This document shows, in pieces, positions 1 through 16,583 of a stretch of 64,000 nt of DNA. Under the pieces are notes generated by a model, which was given only the letters and a program-made list of their open reading frames with translations, was not told the origin of the DNA and did no database searches. How positions within the stretch are numbered: position 1 is the stretch's first letter; each line of letters begins with the position of its first letter. The translations under genes and the position numbers were made by a program. This DNA comes from the human T2T-CHM13v2.0 reference genome, Homo sapiens: assembly GCF_009914755.1 (NCBI RefSeq), contig NC_060932.1, one strand, 5' to 3'.

Positions 1-1115
1 TGACAAGTTTATTAATTTGTTCAAGTAATGCAACTCAGTAGAAAGTCAGAATTTAAACACATCTACCAAGTAGGTGATATTCTTTATCATCTATTTTAGC
101 TCCACAAGGGAAAAAATACGCTCTTAATTCAAAAGATTATATGTCCCTCAGGTGAAATAGAGGAATCTGAGAGGATCACAGGTATGAATTAGCCAAACTG
201 CAAACAGAAATGAAAGGAAAACAGGAAAGAGCCGAAATTGGGAACTGTGTGGATGGAAAGCCAGATGTTTCAGAAACCTACGGAACAGGAAGGAGGCCTT
301 GAACAAGCTCTTCAGATGGCCTCCAGCCATCTGTCATTAAATTGAGAGAAATGCTTGAGTTGAACAAGGAAGTAAAGAAACTAAGCAGTGGCACAAACTA
401 ATTTCAGAAGAACACTTTGATTTTGGCTACTGGCTGATGGAATTGGGTGGAGGCAACAGATCAAAAGTTTACCATCTAGGTCAGGGCCTCTAGAACCTAG
501 AGCCTGAGGCCAGGATTCAAGTGTTGATACTTTATTTGGAAAATGCAGGCCCAGGGCTGTGAATGCAATGAAAAAATGGAAGTGAAGCACACAGAGATGA
601 AAGTTTCATGATGAGCCTCAGAGACACGGGGGATTTCTCAGGCAGGGCTGTAATCCTATCTCAAAGTAGTTTACAGAAGGGACAGAGGAAGGGGGTGCAT
701 GGGCTTCACTCCTTCCCATGCCCGTTTCCTGTCAGTGGAGAGTTTCTCATGGTGGGTCATTCCAGGTTGTGTCCCCCGTCGCATGTTGGTATGCAGAAAG
801 CATGTCACATACTCTCTGATGTGGCTTCTCAGCCAAGCCAAGGAATGGGAGTGTGACTCAATCTGAGGCGTGGCATGCAGGTGGCATGTAAGCCACAAGG
901 TCTGGGCCTTCATGAGGACTCCAGCTGGCTTAGGAAGCTCAGCAAGGGTGATGGCAGCATCGCCTGGGCCGTGCGTGGTGCCGCTATGAAGGAAGCAATA
1001 GCTGAATCAGAAATATCTGTTATGGTGCATTACCTGTGAAACTACAAGCCTGGACTGAAAACGTCTGTGAGTTTTCAAGTCTCAAACTGATATTTATGCT
1101 CTCAAACTTATCCAG

Positions 1116-1559
1116 TCTATTAATTTTGTATGCCTGCCTTAACAAGTTACCACAGATTGAGTGGCTTAAAAAATATAAATTTATTTTCTCATATTTCTGG
1201 AGACCAGAAGTCCAAAATCAAGGTGTTGGCAAGGCCATGCTACCTCTGAAGGCTCTAGGGAGAAACTTCCATGTATATTGAGACTCCTGGTAGCTCCATA
1301 CATTGCTTACCTTGTGGCTGTCTAACTCCATTTTCTGCCTCCAACTTTGCCACTTTCTGCTTGTGCCCAGGTCTCTTTCTCTTTCTCTGAAAAGGACAGT
1401 CTTCTTTGCCTTTAAGGCTCATTCAGGTAATACAGGATTATCTCATCTCACAATCCTTAGTTATATATCCAGAATCCTTTTTCAGATAAGGTAACATTCA
1501 GGGATTCCAGGAATTGGGACATAAAGCTATTTTGGGAAGCCACTATTCAATCCACTACA
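1116..1559 (-). mobile_element. MLT1-family MaLR solo LTR
   Basis: Typical MLT1 text: 'aacaagttaccacagattgagtggcttaaa...ttattttctcatatttctggagaccagaagtccaaaatcaaggtg', ending 'cactattcaatccactaca'. Confidence 0.75.
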
Positions 1560-1859
1560 GGAATAGGTTGTTAAATGCAACAGTCTTCAAAAAAGAATAC
1601 TCTCTAACGTCCACTGCAAATGTGGCCAGAAGTACAAAGGTCAATGAATAATCTTCCAAGGGACTGAGTTGGAGGCCCTGGAGAATAAGATAAGGGAATT
1701 TTTCCATGTTTCAGCACTAGGGAAAGATGGATAGGCTAAACCTGAAAAGATGCTATAGCTGGGGCAGAGAATATTTGTAATCCTGTCCAGCAGGATTTAA
1801 TAGTTGCTATAAAGTAATGCCATCTTGGTGTTTTCCATCCTTTCTTGCTCTTAGTGGGG

Positions 1860-2310
1860 GGTTACTGGAACTGATGCAACAGTCCCATAGATAGTTTTTT
1901 GGATAAACAGAAATTGACCCTCTGGTCTTAAAGCTTGAAGCTTACATTTGTTTCATCTGAGTTCCTTCCTCAGGAAACCACCTTCAGGTCTCAAAAATAC
2001 TATTAAAGAACTGAAACTCACCAAATCACCACATCCAGACAATATAATATGCCAGACCCTTCATTCATCATGATTGCTTCCTTACTCCTCCCTAGTTCCT
2101 GTTTTCTTACACATTGTTACATTTCTTCCCTGCATGGAAACCCCTACTTTTAGTCTGTCAGGAAGATGGATTTGAGACTGAGCTCGCGTCTTCCCTGCTG
2201 CAGCACCAGATTAAAGCCTTCTCCCTTGGTAATACTTGTCATCTCAGTGATTGGCTTTCTGTGCGGTGAGCAGCAGGGCCTAGGCTGAAGCCCTGGTGTT
2301 TTTGGTAACA
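1860..2310 (+). mobile_element. ERV1-class solo LTR (LOR1/MER4-group-like)
   Basis: LTR-like 3' end 'attaaagccttctcccttggtaatacttgtcatctcagtgattggctttctgtgcggtgagcagcagg...ggtaaca'; family not certain. Confidence 0.6.
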
Positions 2311-2612
2311 TCACATCATAAATAACTTGAGTGTGCTTCACCACTGGAAGTATCCAAGTGTGTGGATGCAGGAGAAGGTTGAAGGGGAGAAGGCAATTTT
2401 TCTTTGTATTTTTAAGAGGCATGGTCTCACTTTGTCATAATTTGCCTTTAATTTAAAAGTTATAGGGAGCTACCTCCCAATCTCATGAAAAATACTGTAC
2501 ATCACACACAAATCCTAGATTTAGTGGTTCCACCCTAATTATCTTGACTGAGTAAGGGATGACTATCTATTGCATGAAGAAAGGTAAATGGGGCCACCTG
2601 GCAGAAACCGCT

Positions 2613-2615
<3 letters not shown>

Positions 2616-2651
<36 letters not shown>
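2616..2651. repeat. (CA)n microsatellite
   Basis: Perfect AC run. Confidence 0.97.
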
Positions 2652-2654
<3 letters not shown>

Positions 2655-5600
2655 CTTTCTTTCTGAAGAGCAGAATTATAGCTTGTGGTTACGATATAGA
2701 CCACATGGAGACTGCATTTATCAGTCCCTTTACTGCTAGCTGTGGCCACATGACTGTTCAAAACCAATGGATGGTGAGTGAATGCAGCACAGGTGTGTCC
2801 TGGAAAGTCTTTAGCATGCACCTTGCCATGCCATTTCTCCCTTCTTGCTGGCTGGAGTAAGCAGAAAGACCTTGAAAGTTCCATGATCCAGAGAGAAGAA
2901 CCATTGTCAGTTGATGTCTGTGAATGATTTTTCAAGACAAAGACGCTATGGAGCTGCTCAGTGAAGTATAGGACACACTGCGAATTCTTATATATGTGAA
3001 AAATAAAGTACTTTGTCCTTTGTCTTATTCTTTTGAAGTCTCTTATTGTGGAAGCTAAGCTTTTTATTCTAAAAGAATTTTAGATAGTTCACTTCAATTA
3101 AAATTATTGTTTAGCAATTATTATTGTTACAGAATGCACTAGGTATTGTAGGGAAGAGAAAAAACACAGGCAGGTAGAGATGATCAATGTTTTAAGGAGC
3201 TTTAGGTTATTGGAGGTATCTGAAGAAATAACAGAGTAAAATACCAGACAAATAACTAGAATATGAACTCTCATACAAGTTCTAAAGGAGATCATAGGAA
3301 GAGCCAAATGTGCATGGGGAAATCAGAAAAGACATGGCAGAAAAATGTAACATTTGGACTGGAGATTTGGTTCAGACAAGAGGTTGTCAGGTGTAAATCC
3401 AGAGGAAAGAAAAGAGTAGCTGAGCAGTTTTACACACTATAGTAGGAGTTATTATGTGCATATTCAAATGTGTGATAAGCACATACCACGTGTAAAAAAT
3501 TAGCTACATCCTGTGAGGAATATAAAAAAATAATGACTGCTTCTCCTCTCAATGGACTTGCAAGTTAGCAAGGAATATGACACAGCCACAGAATTAACAC
3601 TACACACAGAATTTAATGAGTGCTACAAGGGACATATAAATAACCTGTTAAAAAGGAAGAGCTCCTCAAAATTCTTAACACTTTCAAGCAGCAATATTGT
3701 TTTCCTTAGTAAAATTAAAAAGGTATATAACAGAACCCACAATGTTATTGTTTTTAATGGTAAATGAGCTAAGGACTGCAGAATGTGTGAGTGCCTTAAA
3801 CATGCTAAACATGCTGGTGTGGAGATTGCTGTGGTTTTCGTTGTGGTTGTTGCTGTGTTTTGCGTTGGGTCCTGGAGGTTGTGAAGAGCTTGGATAAGCA
3901 GACTTCACATCAATTTTGGTAGAAAGACTAGCTTGCACAAACTGTAAAATCAGGAATATCCAGGGACCATTCAGAGCATAGGGGACAGTTTGCTTTCAAT
4001 GTGACATGATGTAGACAGGGTAGCAGATGGCCTCCCTTCACTGCCATGCTGAGGGGTTTGGATGTCATTTGATTGGTGGGGACACGCTATGCACTGAATG
4101 CATTTGAGCAAGGAAGCTACAAGTTAAAAGTTATCATAAGTGTTTCGGCTGGATTACATTTCAGAAAACCTGGAAGTAGAGTGGCCCAGATAAAAGGCTA
4201 TTTTCAGTCTAGTGAGAGGTAATTAAAGTATAGAGATAGAGCCACAGATGTGGGGAAGAAAATGAAGGGAAGAGTTTGAGAAGCATCACAAATATAGAAT
4301 TTATAGAACGTAGCAATTGATTACATATGAGAACTAGTAAAGTGAGAAAGAGAATATAAAAAAGCTTTCAGGTTTTTAAGTGATCAGGATAATGAAGATG
4401 ATAATTTCAAGAAAGAAGTAAACAAAAAATGCTGGTTTGTTTTGGATATATTCTTTGATGCAATGGTGGAACATGTTGGTAGGATTCTCACTTAGCAGTT
4501 GGAAATTTCTGATTGGCAGTTGGAGTGAGAGCTAGCTAACATGCAAGCTGTGCTCTTAGCGGAGAGAGCTGAGGCAAAGAATATAAAGTAAGGTTGTTTT
4601 GATACTCTGGCCTGGAGATTACTCTGCTCTTTATTTCGAAGGGGGCATTCAATAAATATGCATGTCAACACAGCTGCGGAATTTGGCAATACCTCTGTCT
4701 GCTCACATTTATACCAGCAAAGTGTAGACCTCGTTAACAGTCCTGTTATTCCGCATCTGTGCCCTTGTTGCTCAGGATGTCAGACAATGCTGCTAATGAG
4801 CCTGAGAGTGTATGTGTAATTCCTTTAGAAGATGAATACAAATGTTAGCTTGGCCTTCATCCCCTCAAAGGTGTACTGTTTGTCACAAGGCAGAGAAAAA
4901 AATATGAGATTCAGAATAGATTAGTAAAACTCTACCTCATTGTCATAAAAAAAAACCCTGAAGAACCTACTTTCTTGTTTTCAGTACACTCATTAGGTTC
5001 ATTACTTCAGTTGATTCATTACTTTATCTCTCATATCTGTCTTGGTGATGAAAGTTTATTTGAAAGTTTATTTCCCCCAATTTTATAACAGTTTCCAACA
5101 TGTGTTCATGTTCCAAAGAGCTTCTGTTTTTTCTTCCAAACAACTCAGTATTCTTAATTAAATATCCTAGTATTATCAGTATCTCCTCCTCTCTAAATCT
5201 TTACACACATGCACAGACACATGTTATTGAATAATTCATAATTTAGGATAATTCATAATCTTCTCAGAGGTTACAATAACTCATCTAATACTGAAAATAA
5301 AATTCAAAAATGTGAATTAGTCCCTTCTTCAGTTACTATGAATTTAACAAACTGAGAGGTAGCTTCTTCTCTGAATATTTTTACAAGTGGAGATTAATGT
5401 TACATGACGTATTTGAACCATTTATTTAATTATTTACTTGTCAATATGATCCCTGGAATTAGCTGACTTAAAATATTGCCCTGACCACATTTTGGCTATA
5501 TATTTTTTAAGTCACTATAACTCTCTTAAGTGAAATATATCATTTGTAAAATAGATGCATAATTGGTTGTCATCCCTCTGGAATGTGAGCATGAGAGATA

Positions 5601-6149
5601 ACTTAGTAGTGCCAGAGGTGATAATTAGGGGTAATGGCAGTAGTCGTCCTAGTGACAGTAGCAGTGATAGTAGTTAGTGGTGGTACTATTGGTAGTAGTG
5701 ATGAATCAGTTAAGAATTTACTTCTAAAGTCCTAATGGATATTGAAGAGGGGCCATTCTGATGTAGGTAAGGATATAGGACTATGTAGAGTTGCCCAAGG
5801 ATAAAATGAAGCATTAGGAGAGAGAAAGCTAAGACTGACCTGGGACAACTCCCCAAATTGAGAAGGCAAAGGAGGATGAGCCAGCAGTGGAAAACCCAGA
5901 GAAAAAGAAGGGACAGGGGTCAAAGAGGAAAGAGCAGTGAACCTTGCCAGATGCTGAGGAGAGTTTCAATAACCTGAACACTGAACAAGTGTGGAATGGG
6001 TTGAAAATTGTCTATCTTCAAGGCAGTGAGAACACAATACAGGTAATAATAGGCTTAAGGAAAAAAAGGTGGTAAACCTAAATATGCCATATGAGATGTT
6101 TTGCGGTAAAAGAAAAAAGAAGACAAAGATACGTCAGTCATGGGAGGTT

Positions 6150-6350
6150 GAGAGATGAGCATTTTTGCAAATGAAGTACAGAAACACAGCCAGGCCCATT
6201 TGTTTGCACATTGTGGATGGCCGCTTTCTCCGACAGACACAGCTGCCTCCCTAGGACAGAGTTGAGACGCTATGACAAAGGCTGCATGATACACAAAGCT
6301 GAAAGTACTTACCTTTTGGCTCTTTATGGAAAACGTTTACCAACCCCAAC
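6150..6350. mobile_element. MER58A-like hAT DNA transposon remnant
   Basis: 'gcccatttgtttgcacattgtggatggccgcttt...aaagctgaaagtacttaccttttggctctttatggaaaacgtttaccaacccc' resembles MER58A. Confidence 0.65.
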
Positions 6351-7676
6351 TCTACGCGATCCTGGGAAAACTGATTTTGGAACTTACAGATAGAAACGTG
6401 TTTACTCTTCCTCGAATATATGTATTCAAATACATAATATATATATATATATATTTTAAGAAAAAATATTTGTGCAGATTATTTATGTAGATACCAGCTC
6501 TCCTTTCTTGACTGATTAGCTTCTAAGTTCCATAAAGAATCCACTGTCCCATGATAACCTTTTTTACTATGTCACTAAACAAAACCAATAAATTCCATCA
6601 TCATTCTATCAATTACATAAAACTAAATGCAAATGAAAGTTTAAAATTTTTCACCAAAATATACTTAGAAAAGCAACTTTACAAAAATGGAATGATTTTC
6701 CACATTTCCTACTATTTGAAGGTGCTTCTTAGAGTAAATGGTTGAATGTATGTATAATAAATCACGATTTGTGAGCATATTTAATCATTTTTATATTACA
6801 ATTATTTTTAATATGAATCACTCAATAAATTATCACATAATGAATTAAGGAATAATAAAAAAGCATTTATTACTTGCAAATATGTATAGTGTCATGAGTA
6901 AAGAGAATTAACAGACTTGTTAAACGCCACCTTAGCGAGTTATGGTTTCTATAGTGCTCAATAAAAACAGATGCCAAATCTAATTCAATTTAATTAAACA
7001 TTTCCAAGAATATTTTGGAGTATATTAAATTTTGAAAATGCTAAAAATTACTCATTGGCTCTAGGCACAAATAAACAGTATGTCTCATATATTTCAGGAA
7101 ACGGATAATAATATCTGACTTCTCAATTTTCATGAGAAGCAAAACGGAATGTGCTATTAAAAGCCTTAATGCTGCATGTGTTGCAGCTGCCAAATTCTAA
7201 AATTTCAAATTAATGACTGTACAATAAACATTAAAATAATAAGCAAAATAATTAAGAGTGAAGCTTACATATGGCTTATATGCTTTTAACTAGGCTTTTA
7301 GAGTTTGCAAAGACCAAGAGCTGCAGCACTAATTTCATTGAGAGATTTTTTAAAAATTAGTGTTCTTCAGAGAATCTAGATGAATATTCAGAAACAGTTA
7401 AGCATGCTAAGTAAACTTTCATATAAGAATGTTTTTTAAAATTGTGTTTGAAATGTAGCCAACACTTTGGTGTTGATTCTCCCTTAGACAGTGTCAATAT
7501 TTTTTAAATAAACCTAAAATGTTTGAAATTTATCTATTTGTATACTTTGTAATGAAATTAAACTTACTGCTAAGTTTCTTTATCAAAGTTTTTAGAACTC
7601 TTTTTAAATGTTCATATTATAATATTTTTGATAAATATACCTGAATTTCTAGCATCTTAAGAATTTTAAATGATCA

Positions 7677-7972
<296 letters not shown>

Positions 7973-10206
7973 TAAATGATCAACAATGACTTGGCTTTTA
8001 TTGTTATACCTTCTCTTGGAAAAGTGAGCAAAACTGCCTTTGACGGTAAGAAAAAAATATTTTTTTCTTTTGAACTTGAAAACATTTTAGAGAAGAGATA
8101 GAGTAGATGATAATTGAGTCACTAATAATATCTAGATGCCTTAGCTGCAGAGAACAATCAACTCCCAGACTTTTTTATAGCTATCTTCTCAAGGATGCAA
8201 AGATATTCTGGCCTATCTGTAACACTTACTCTGAGGATAAGGCAACATCAACTAGAACATTTGCTACTTAAGATATGTTATTATTGAGAACTTGGGTCTC
8301 TCAAACTGATGTTTCAGAAGGTTGCCTCTTGCTCAACAAGAACAAAATGTCAGGACTTTCTCTGGGGCTCGATGCTGTTGGCCATGAAGAGTGTCCAGGG
8401 ACTGACCAGGTGCAGGCTCTGTGCCAAGCAGGCCACAACATGAATCCAGCTTTGCTGTCACTAGTCCACCATCCATTCCTGCCTAGGGAGAGCAAAGTTG
8501 GGAATTCAGTAAGAAGTTACAGATAAAAAGGGGGACTGCTATGGCAACAAAAAATGCTGGAGTTCTGTTCTCACACACTCTGCATAAATGTCACAGGAGA
8601 GGGGCTCAAAAACCACTTCTCCCATGGCCTGTGTGGGACACAGGGACTTAAGACGCACATGGAGACGACTCTAGGTGGAGCTCAGACAGTGAACAGAGAG
8701 GGCTATGACTGGAAGGGGTTGCGTTCTCCCTATGGCAGGGCACAGGGTGTGCTTTCTACTGGCCAACTGTGGATCTCCTGAAAGAGATCCAAGGTGAGCC
8801 ATCACCGACAGATCCTATGGCATTGAAGAGGACTGCCTGGGTGCATGACACTGACAAGAGCTGCTGCGTAGGGGCTGAGTGGTAGTCACCTGCCTCCACC
8901 TGGAGGAGGTTTCACCTGACTCAGAAAATTACCAGTTTCCCTGGCTGGGAAGTCTAAGAAATCCACCAGAGCCTTTACCTAAAAGGCAGCTTTTAATTCT
9001 TTTGGAGATTTGTGAACATATTGGAAATATGATTATTATTAATAAGTTGATAGAAACTTTATACCTCCTGGCATTCTCTCATTCTTAATTTGAAGCTCAA
9101 AAAGGGAGCTCTTTATTTTCCTCTACTGAACTAAGAATTCCTTTTGTGTGTTTGCCATTTCAGCAACCTTGCCAAGATATCTGTCACCTCCTAATTTCTT
9201 ATCTTCACTCTCTTCCTCTCTCCGTGGGGTCTCCAACGTCTCCAAACTTTTGTTGGTCTCTACATAAACTTAAAAGAAAAAAAGCAAACAAAAATAAATA
9301 AAGGCTTAACTCATTTCTCCTCCTCACTTGAGAGGAGCTTTTTTCCATTGTTATAATTGTGAAACAAATGTTATATACCCATAGCTACTATTTCCTTACC
9401 AACAATTTGTCGTGAAATGTGTTCTTTCACACTTACTCTATCAAAATCACCCTTCCAAAGACCTTAACCATTTGCATCCTACCTACAAAAAAAAAGTCCT
9501 GTGCTTTTTCTTCATTTATTCTCAGTCACATCTTGAGTATTTTTGTTTTTTGCGCCATTTCTATGACGGGTTTCAGGTGTCGGAAATACTGAATAAAGCC
9601 TCATTGATGCAATGAATAAGAATAGAAAATTTTTATTCAAAGAGGAGATTTTGACAAATGTGGTTAAAATTACAACTTTAAGAAGTCAATGAGAGATTTA
9701 TAAGACAATATAAATATATATGATTTTTTGAACTAAAAAATTACAGTAACAATACTTAATAAAATATAAAGATAATATGGCTTCTAAAGAATCCATCACA
9801 CCAAAAGGTTTTTTTCCTCTTCCAGCTGCAATAGAGATGAGAGAATTTACCCAACAAACATATTGTCTATAATTTGACATACGAATGTTACACTGAATAT
9901 AACTCAAAATGCCAGCAGTCATTAGTAAGTGTAAAATTGTGCTAAGATTAAATGACAAACTTTGGCTTTTTTGTTTTTCATTTGAATATGACTTTGTATA
10001 TTTAAGAATATCATAATTTCAGGAGTGTGTTAATAAAGTTTCTGTCTTGATAAATTACTGTCATCTCTAATAATTTAGATTCTATAAATATATACACACT
10101 TAGGAAAATAATGATTGCATAATTCCTAAGAAGATAATTGATAACACATTAAAATTATGAAATTTTAAATAAGTTTACCCATATATATTGCGTATTAAGA
10201 ATTCTT

Positions 10207-10632
<426 letters not shown>

Positions 10633-12117
10633 CTAGATATTTAAAACACTTTAACAGGTTTATTGATGGTCTAAGCTAAATGGGAGACTAATAGGAAAGA
10701 GCTTGGTTTATTTACCCTCATTGCCTTCAGATGGCTTCTAACCCATTTCTACCTCCAGCCTCTTCCCCGTCCAGGGCATATCTCACAGCTTTTCTGTTGG
10801 TCCTGAGCAGGCTAGTGCAGAAGCTCTATCTCATGTGCAATGCAAGAATTCTTCCCACCTGCCTGCTTAGCCATGATCCTTGGCTGGGTGGCCTGCAATG
10901 GGAAAAGAGATTGTGCCAGTGTCTTCCTCTTTCTATATGGCTCCTTTTCTTCAATGAATTCAAGAATAGGGCAGTGGAGAGTCAATTAGAGGAGATGGTT
11001 CGTACATGAAGTAGTACATGGCATGGCATGGATTCTGTTACTAGAGTTCTCTCTTGTCAATATGACAATGGTCAACATGCTTCCTATTTAGTATATCTCC
11101 AAATGTCAGTACGCACATGCAGTATCTTATGGATTCTTGAAAGTCTTCAGTGCTTCCCAATGCAAGCAGAACATTCACTAATTGCCAAGGAGACTACCTG
11201 TTGCCAGTTTTTCTGTAGTAACAGAGATTAACTGAACAAATGGAAGCCAAGCTAAGCAAGATAATTCTCAGCATAAACTGTAGCTTTCAGTGACTGCCTG
11301 ACTAAGGTCTCACTGATGGGAAATGGAAATGATATAAGCCATTTTCACATAGAACTCAGCTAGTATCAGCTAGAACTCAGAGGTATCGCATTCCAGCTTT
11401 GACCACACAGAGGAGGACAGTATCCTAGGAGATGACGAAACAACAGATGGAAGGATCCTGGATCCCTGAATGATTATGTGGAGCAGAGATGCCTCTTCAA
11501 TCTGCACCACCAACCTCTAAAGAGTTATGTCAGAAAATCTGTAGGCCATTGTATTGTAGGATCTCTTTTTTATTAGCTTAGACATTTCCCTTTCTAATAG
11601 TCCAACTGAACTACTGTGACTTACCTTCAGCTCCTGCTGTGTCTCCCTCATTCTGACAGAAAGCACCTTCTTGGAAAGATCTTACCATAAGGATTCTGAC
11701 CTGTCTACCTCCTGAGTTGTCCAAGATATCCAAGAGAAATTTACATACCATTGCCACTTCAAATAATGAAGGCACTGCTCCATGTAGCTGCTCTTTCAAT
11801 CAAAGCAGATAGCACTGCCAACCTCCTACTTTCTGATTTCTACAGGCAGAAAACAGTAAAGAGTCTGTGCATCCTGGCTCCAAAACATGCTGTGAGAAGG
11901 GAGATCTCAGTGTTTACTTCCTCCATACCCTGACCTCTCCCTCAGTACCCCTAGAGTTTTACATGTGGCTCATTGGAGAAAGACCAATGAAAGGAGAAAG
12001 CCAACTGCATCCACACTGGGTAGCCAGTTTTTTCTAGCTTGGATAATTCTTTTCAGACATTTAGACTGGGATGGGGTGAGTTATTAATACTCCCTCAATC
12101 TGTTCTCTATTCAGCAC

Positions 12118-12952
12118 TGTGATGGTTAATTTTATGTGTCTAATCAACTCAGTGCCCAAATATTTGTTCAAATATTGTTTTAGGTGTGTCTGTGAGGGTG
12201 CTTTTGGATGAGATCAACATTTAAATCAGTTGACTGAGTAAAGCAGACTGCCCTCTCTGATATGGGCGGGCCTCATCCAATCAGTTGAAAAAATGAATAG
12301 AACAAGAAAGGCCAACCATCCCCCTGGGCTGGAGGGAGTTTCTGTTGCTTGATTGCCTTCGAACTGAGACACCGGCTTTTTCCTGCCTTGAACTGAAACA
12401 TTGTCTCTTCCTGGGTCTTCAGCCTGATGACTTTCAGACTTGAACCACACCATGGCCAGTTCTCCTGGGCCTCAGGCTTTGTATTCCAACTGAAACTATA
12501 CCATTATCTCTGTGAGGTCACTAGCTTTCAAACTACCCTGCAGATTTTGGGACTTGTTAGTCTGCATCCAAAATCCTGTGATGAATTCCTTATAGTAAAT
12601 CCCTTTATATGTATGTGTACATACACTCACACATATATTCATATACACATTATATATACACATATACATACACACACACATATACACATTATATATACAC
12701 ACATATATACACATATATACATTATATATACACATATACATACACATATATACATATACACATATACATATACACATATATACATACACACCTATATACA
12801 TATGAACACTATATATACACATATACATACACACATATAAACACACATACACATATATACATATACACATTATATATACACGTATACACATATGCACATA
12901 TATACATATATACATACACACACACACACATATATACATATACAAATTATGT

Positions 12953-12983
<31 letters not shown>

Positions 12984-13035
12984 TACACATACACATCCTA
13001 TGTGCTCTGCTTCTCTGGAGAATCTGACTAGCACA
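12118..13035 (+). mobile_element. MLT2 (ERVL) solo LTR with an expanded internal microsatellite
   Basis: Starts 'tgtgatggttaattttatgtgtc', contains 'ggatgagatcaacatttaaatcagttgactgagtaaagcagactgccctc', ends 'ttctctggagaatctgactagcaca'. Confidence 0.85.
12606..12996. repeat. Compound (TA)/(CA)/(TACA) microsatellite, ~390 bp
   Basis: Alternating purine-pyrimidine tract with recurring 'cacattatatata' units. Confidence 0.95.
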
Positions 13036-13493
13036 AGCACCTTTTCTTTGAACGTGGGTACTTATCACCTAGTCTCCTTAACTTTGGGACTTTAATTAAA
13101 TTTCTGAGACCACAAGAAAAATTACACTTATTATCTTAGTAAATATGTTTTAGTATCAAATCCAGTGAGAAACAGAAGAAAATACTTCAATATAACATGT
13201 GTTTTTGACCTAAAATTAAAAACAAAAAAACCCTTTTCAAACAATGGAAGCAACTAGAAGCTAAAGGATTCCAGGAATGGGGGTGGAGGGGAGAGGACTT
13301 GATCGAATTTTGTGTCAAATAAAGATTACTTATATGGTAATTTTAATATTTAATGAAATAAAGATTACTAATATGGAAGTGACCTTACTTCCAATGCATG
13401 TTGGTAAGCAGGCCATTTAAAGTTAGATTTCAGCACTATTTCTTTCTCTCTCTTTTGTCAGATACCAAATGCGGTCAATTAAGAAATAAACCT

Positions 13494-13794
<301 letters not shown>

Positions 13795-13892
13795 CTAATT
13801 GACATGAGTTTGTATAAGTAAATGCTGTTTGACAATTTTTCTTAGAAATTGTAAGTAAAGTAAGAGGAATAATATATTTCTGTCTCTATGCA

Positions 13893-14875
<983 letters not shown>

Positions 14876-15102
14876 TGGACATTTGATATTGTTAATTTTT
14901 AAAACTATTTGCACATTCACCAATTTGATTTCCTGCAACAATTCTGAGATCCACCCAACTCCCTTAAATGGATGCCAGAGAGGACCTCAGAGCTTAGAGT
15001 CACCATTGTTTTCATGTCAGGGCAAGGAGAGGTATTTGGAGAATTATACTTTCCTTTAAGTAAAAATTTTGTATTTTTAAATTATTTTAAGCAGGAATTA
15101 AT

Positions 15103-15285
15103 TATTTTCAGCTTTTATTTTAGATTCAGGGGATACATGTGCAGGTTTGTTACCTGAGTATATTGTGTGATATTAAGGATTGGAATACAATTGATGCTGT
15201 CACCCAGATACTGAGTACTCAATACTTAATTAAGTACTAAATACTTAATTTTTCAACATTTTTCCCCCTTCCCTTTCTCCCCTCT
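15103..15285 (-). mobile_element. L1PA15/16-type 3' end, left part
   Basis: 'ttttattttagattcaggggatacatgtgcaggtttgttacc'; the L1 text resumes at 28398. Confidence 0.8.
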
Positions 15286-15796
15286 TATATTAGCCTGTTC
15301 TCATGCTACTAATAAAGACATACCCGAGACTGGGTAATTTATATAGGAAAGAGGTTTAATTGACTCACAGTTCTGCAGGGCTGTGGAGGCCTCAGGAAAC
15401 TTATTAATACAATTATGGCAGAAGGGGAAGCAAACACGTCCATCTTCAAGAGCTGCAGGACAGAGAAGTGTTGAGCAAAAGGGGTAAAAGTCCCTTATAA
15501 AAACCATCAGATCTTGTGGGAACTCACTATCCCAAGAACAGCATTAGGGTAACCGACCCCATGTTTCAATTACCTCTCACTAAGTCCCTCCCATGACATG
15601 TGGGGATTATGGGAACTACAATTCAAGATAAGGTTTTGGTGGGGACACAGCCAAACCGTATCATTCTGCCCCAGACCTTTCCAAATCTCATGTCCTCACA
15701 TTTCAAAACCAAATGGTCCCCCAAAGTCTTAACTCATTCCAGCATTAACTCAGAAGTCTAAGTCCAAAGTCTCATCTAAGAAAAGGCAAGTCCCTT

Positions 15797-16571
<775 letters not shown>

Positions 16572-16583
16572 ATACCCCCTCTA
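16572..16583 (-). other. Polypurine tract of the provirus
   Basis: Minus strand 'tagagggggtat' immediately before the TG of the 3' LTR. Confidence 0.8.

Noticed and set aside
3300-6000. Probable L2/MIR relics (also ~49300-50100 and ~61900-62230) and old MLT-like pieces (~450-1000, 2650-3060, 11250-11600)
   Set aside because: Too diverged to bound or classify by eye
12427-13095. ORFs of 137-190 aa
   Set aside because: Translations of a TA/CA microsatellite that lacks stop codons; low complexity
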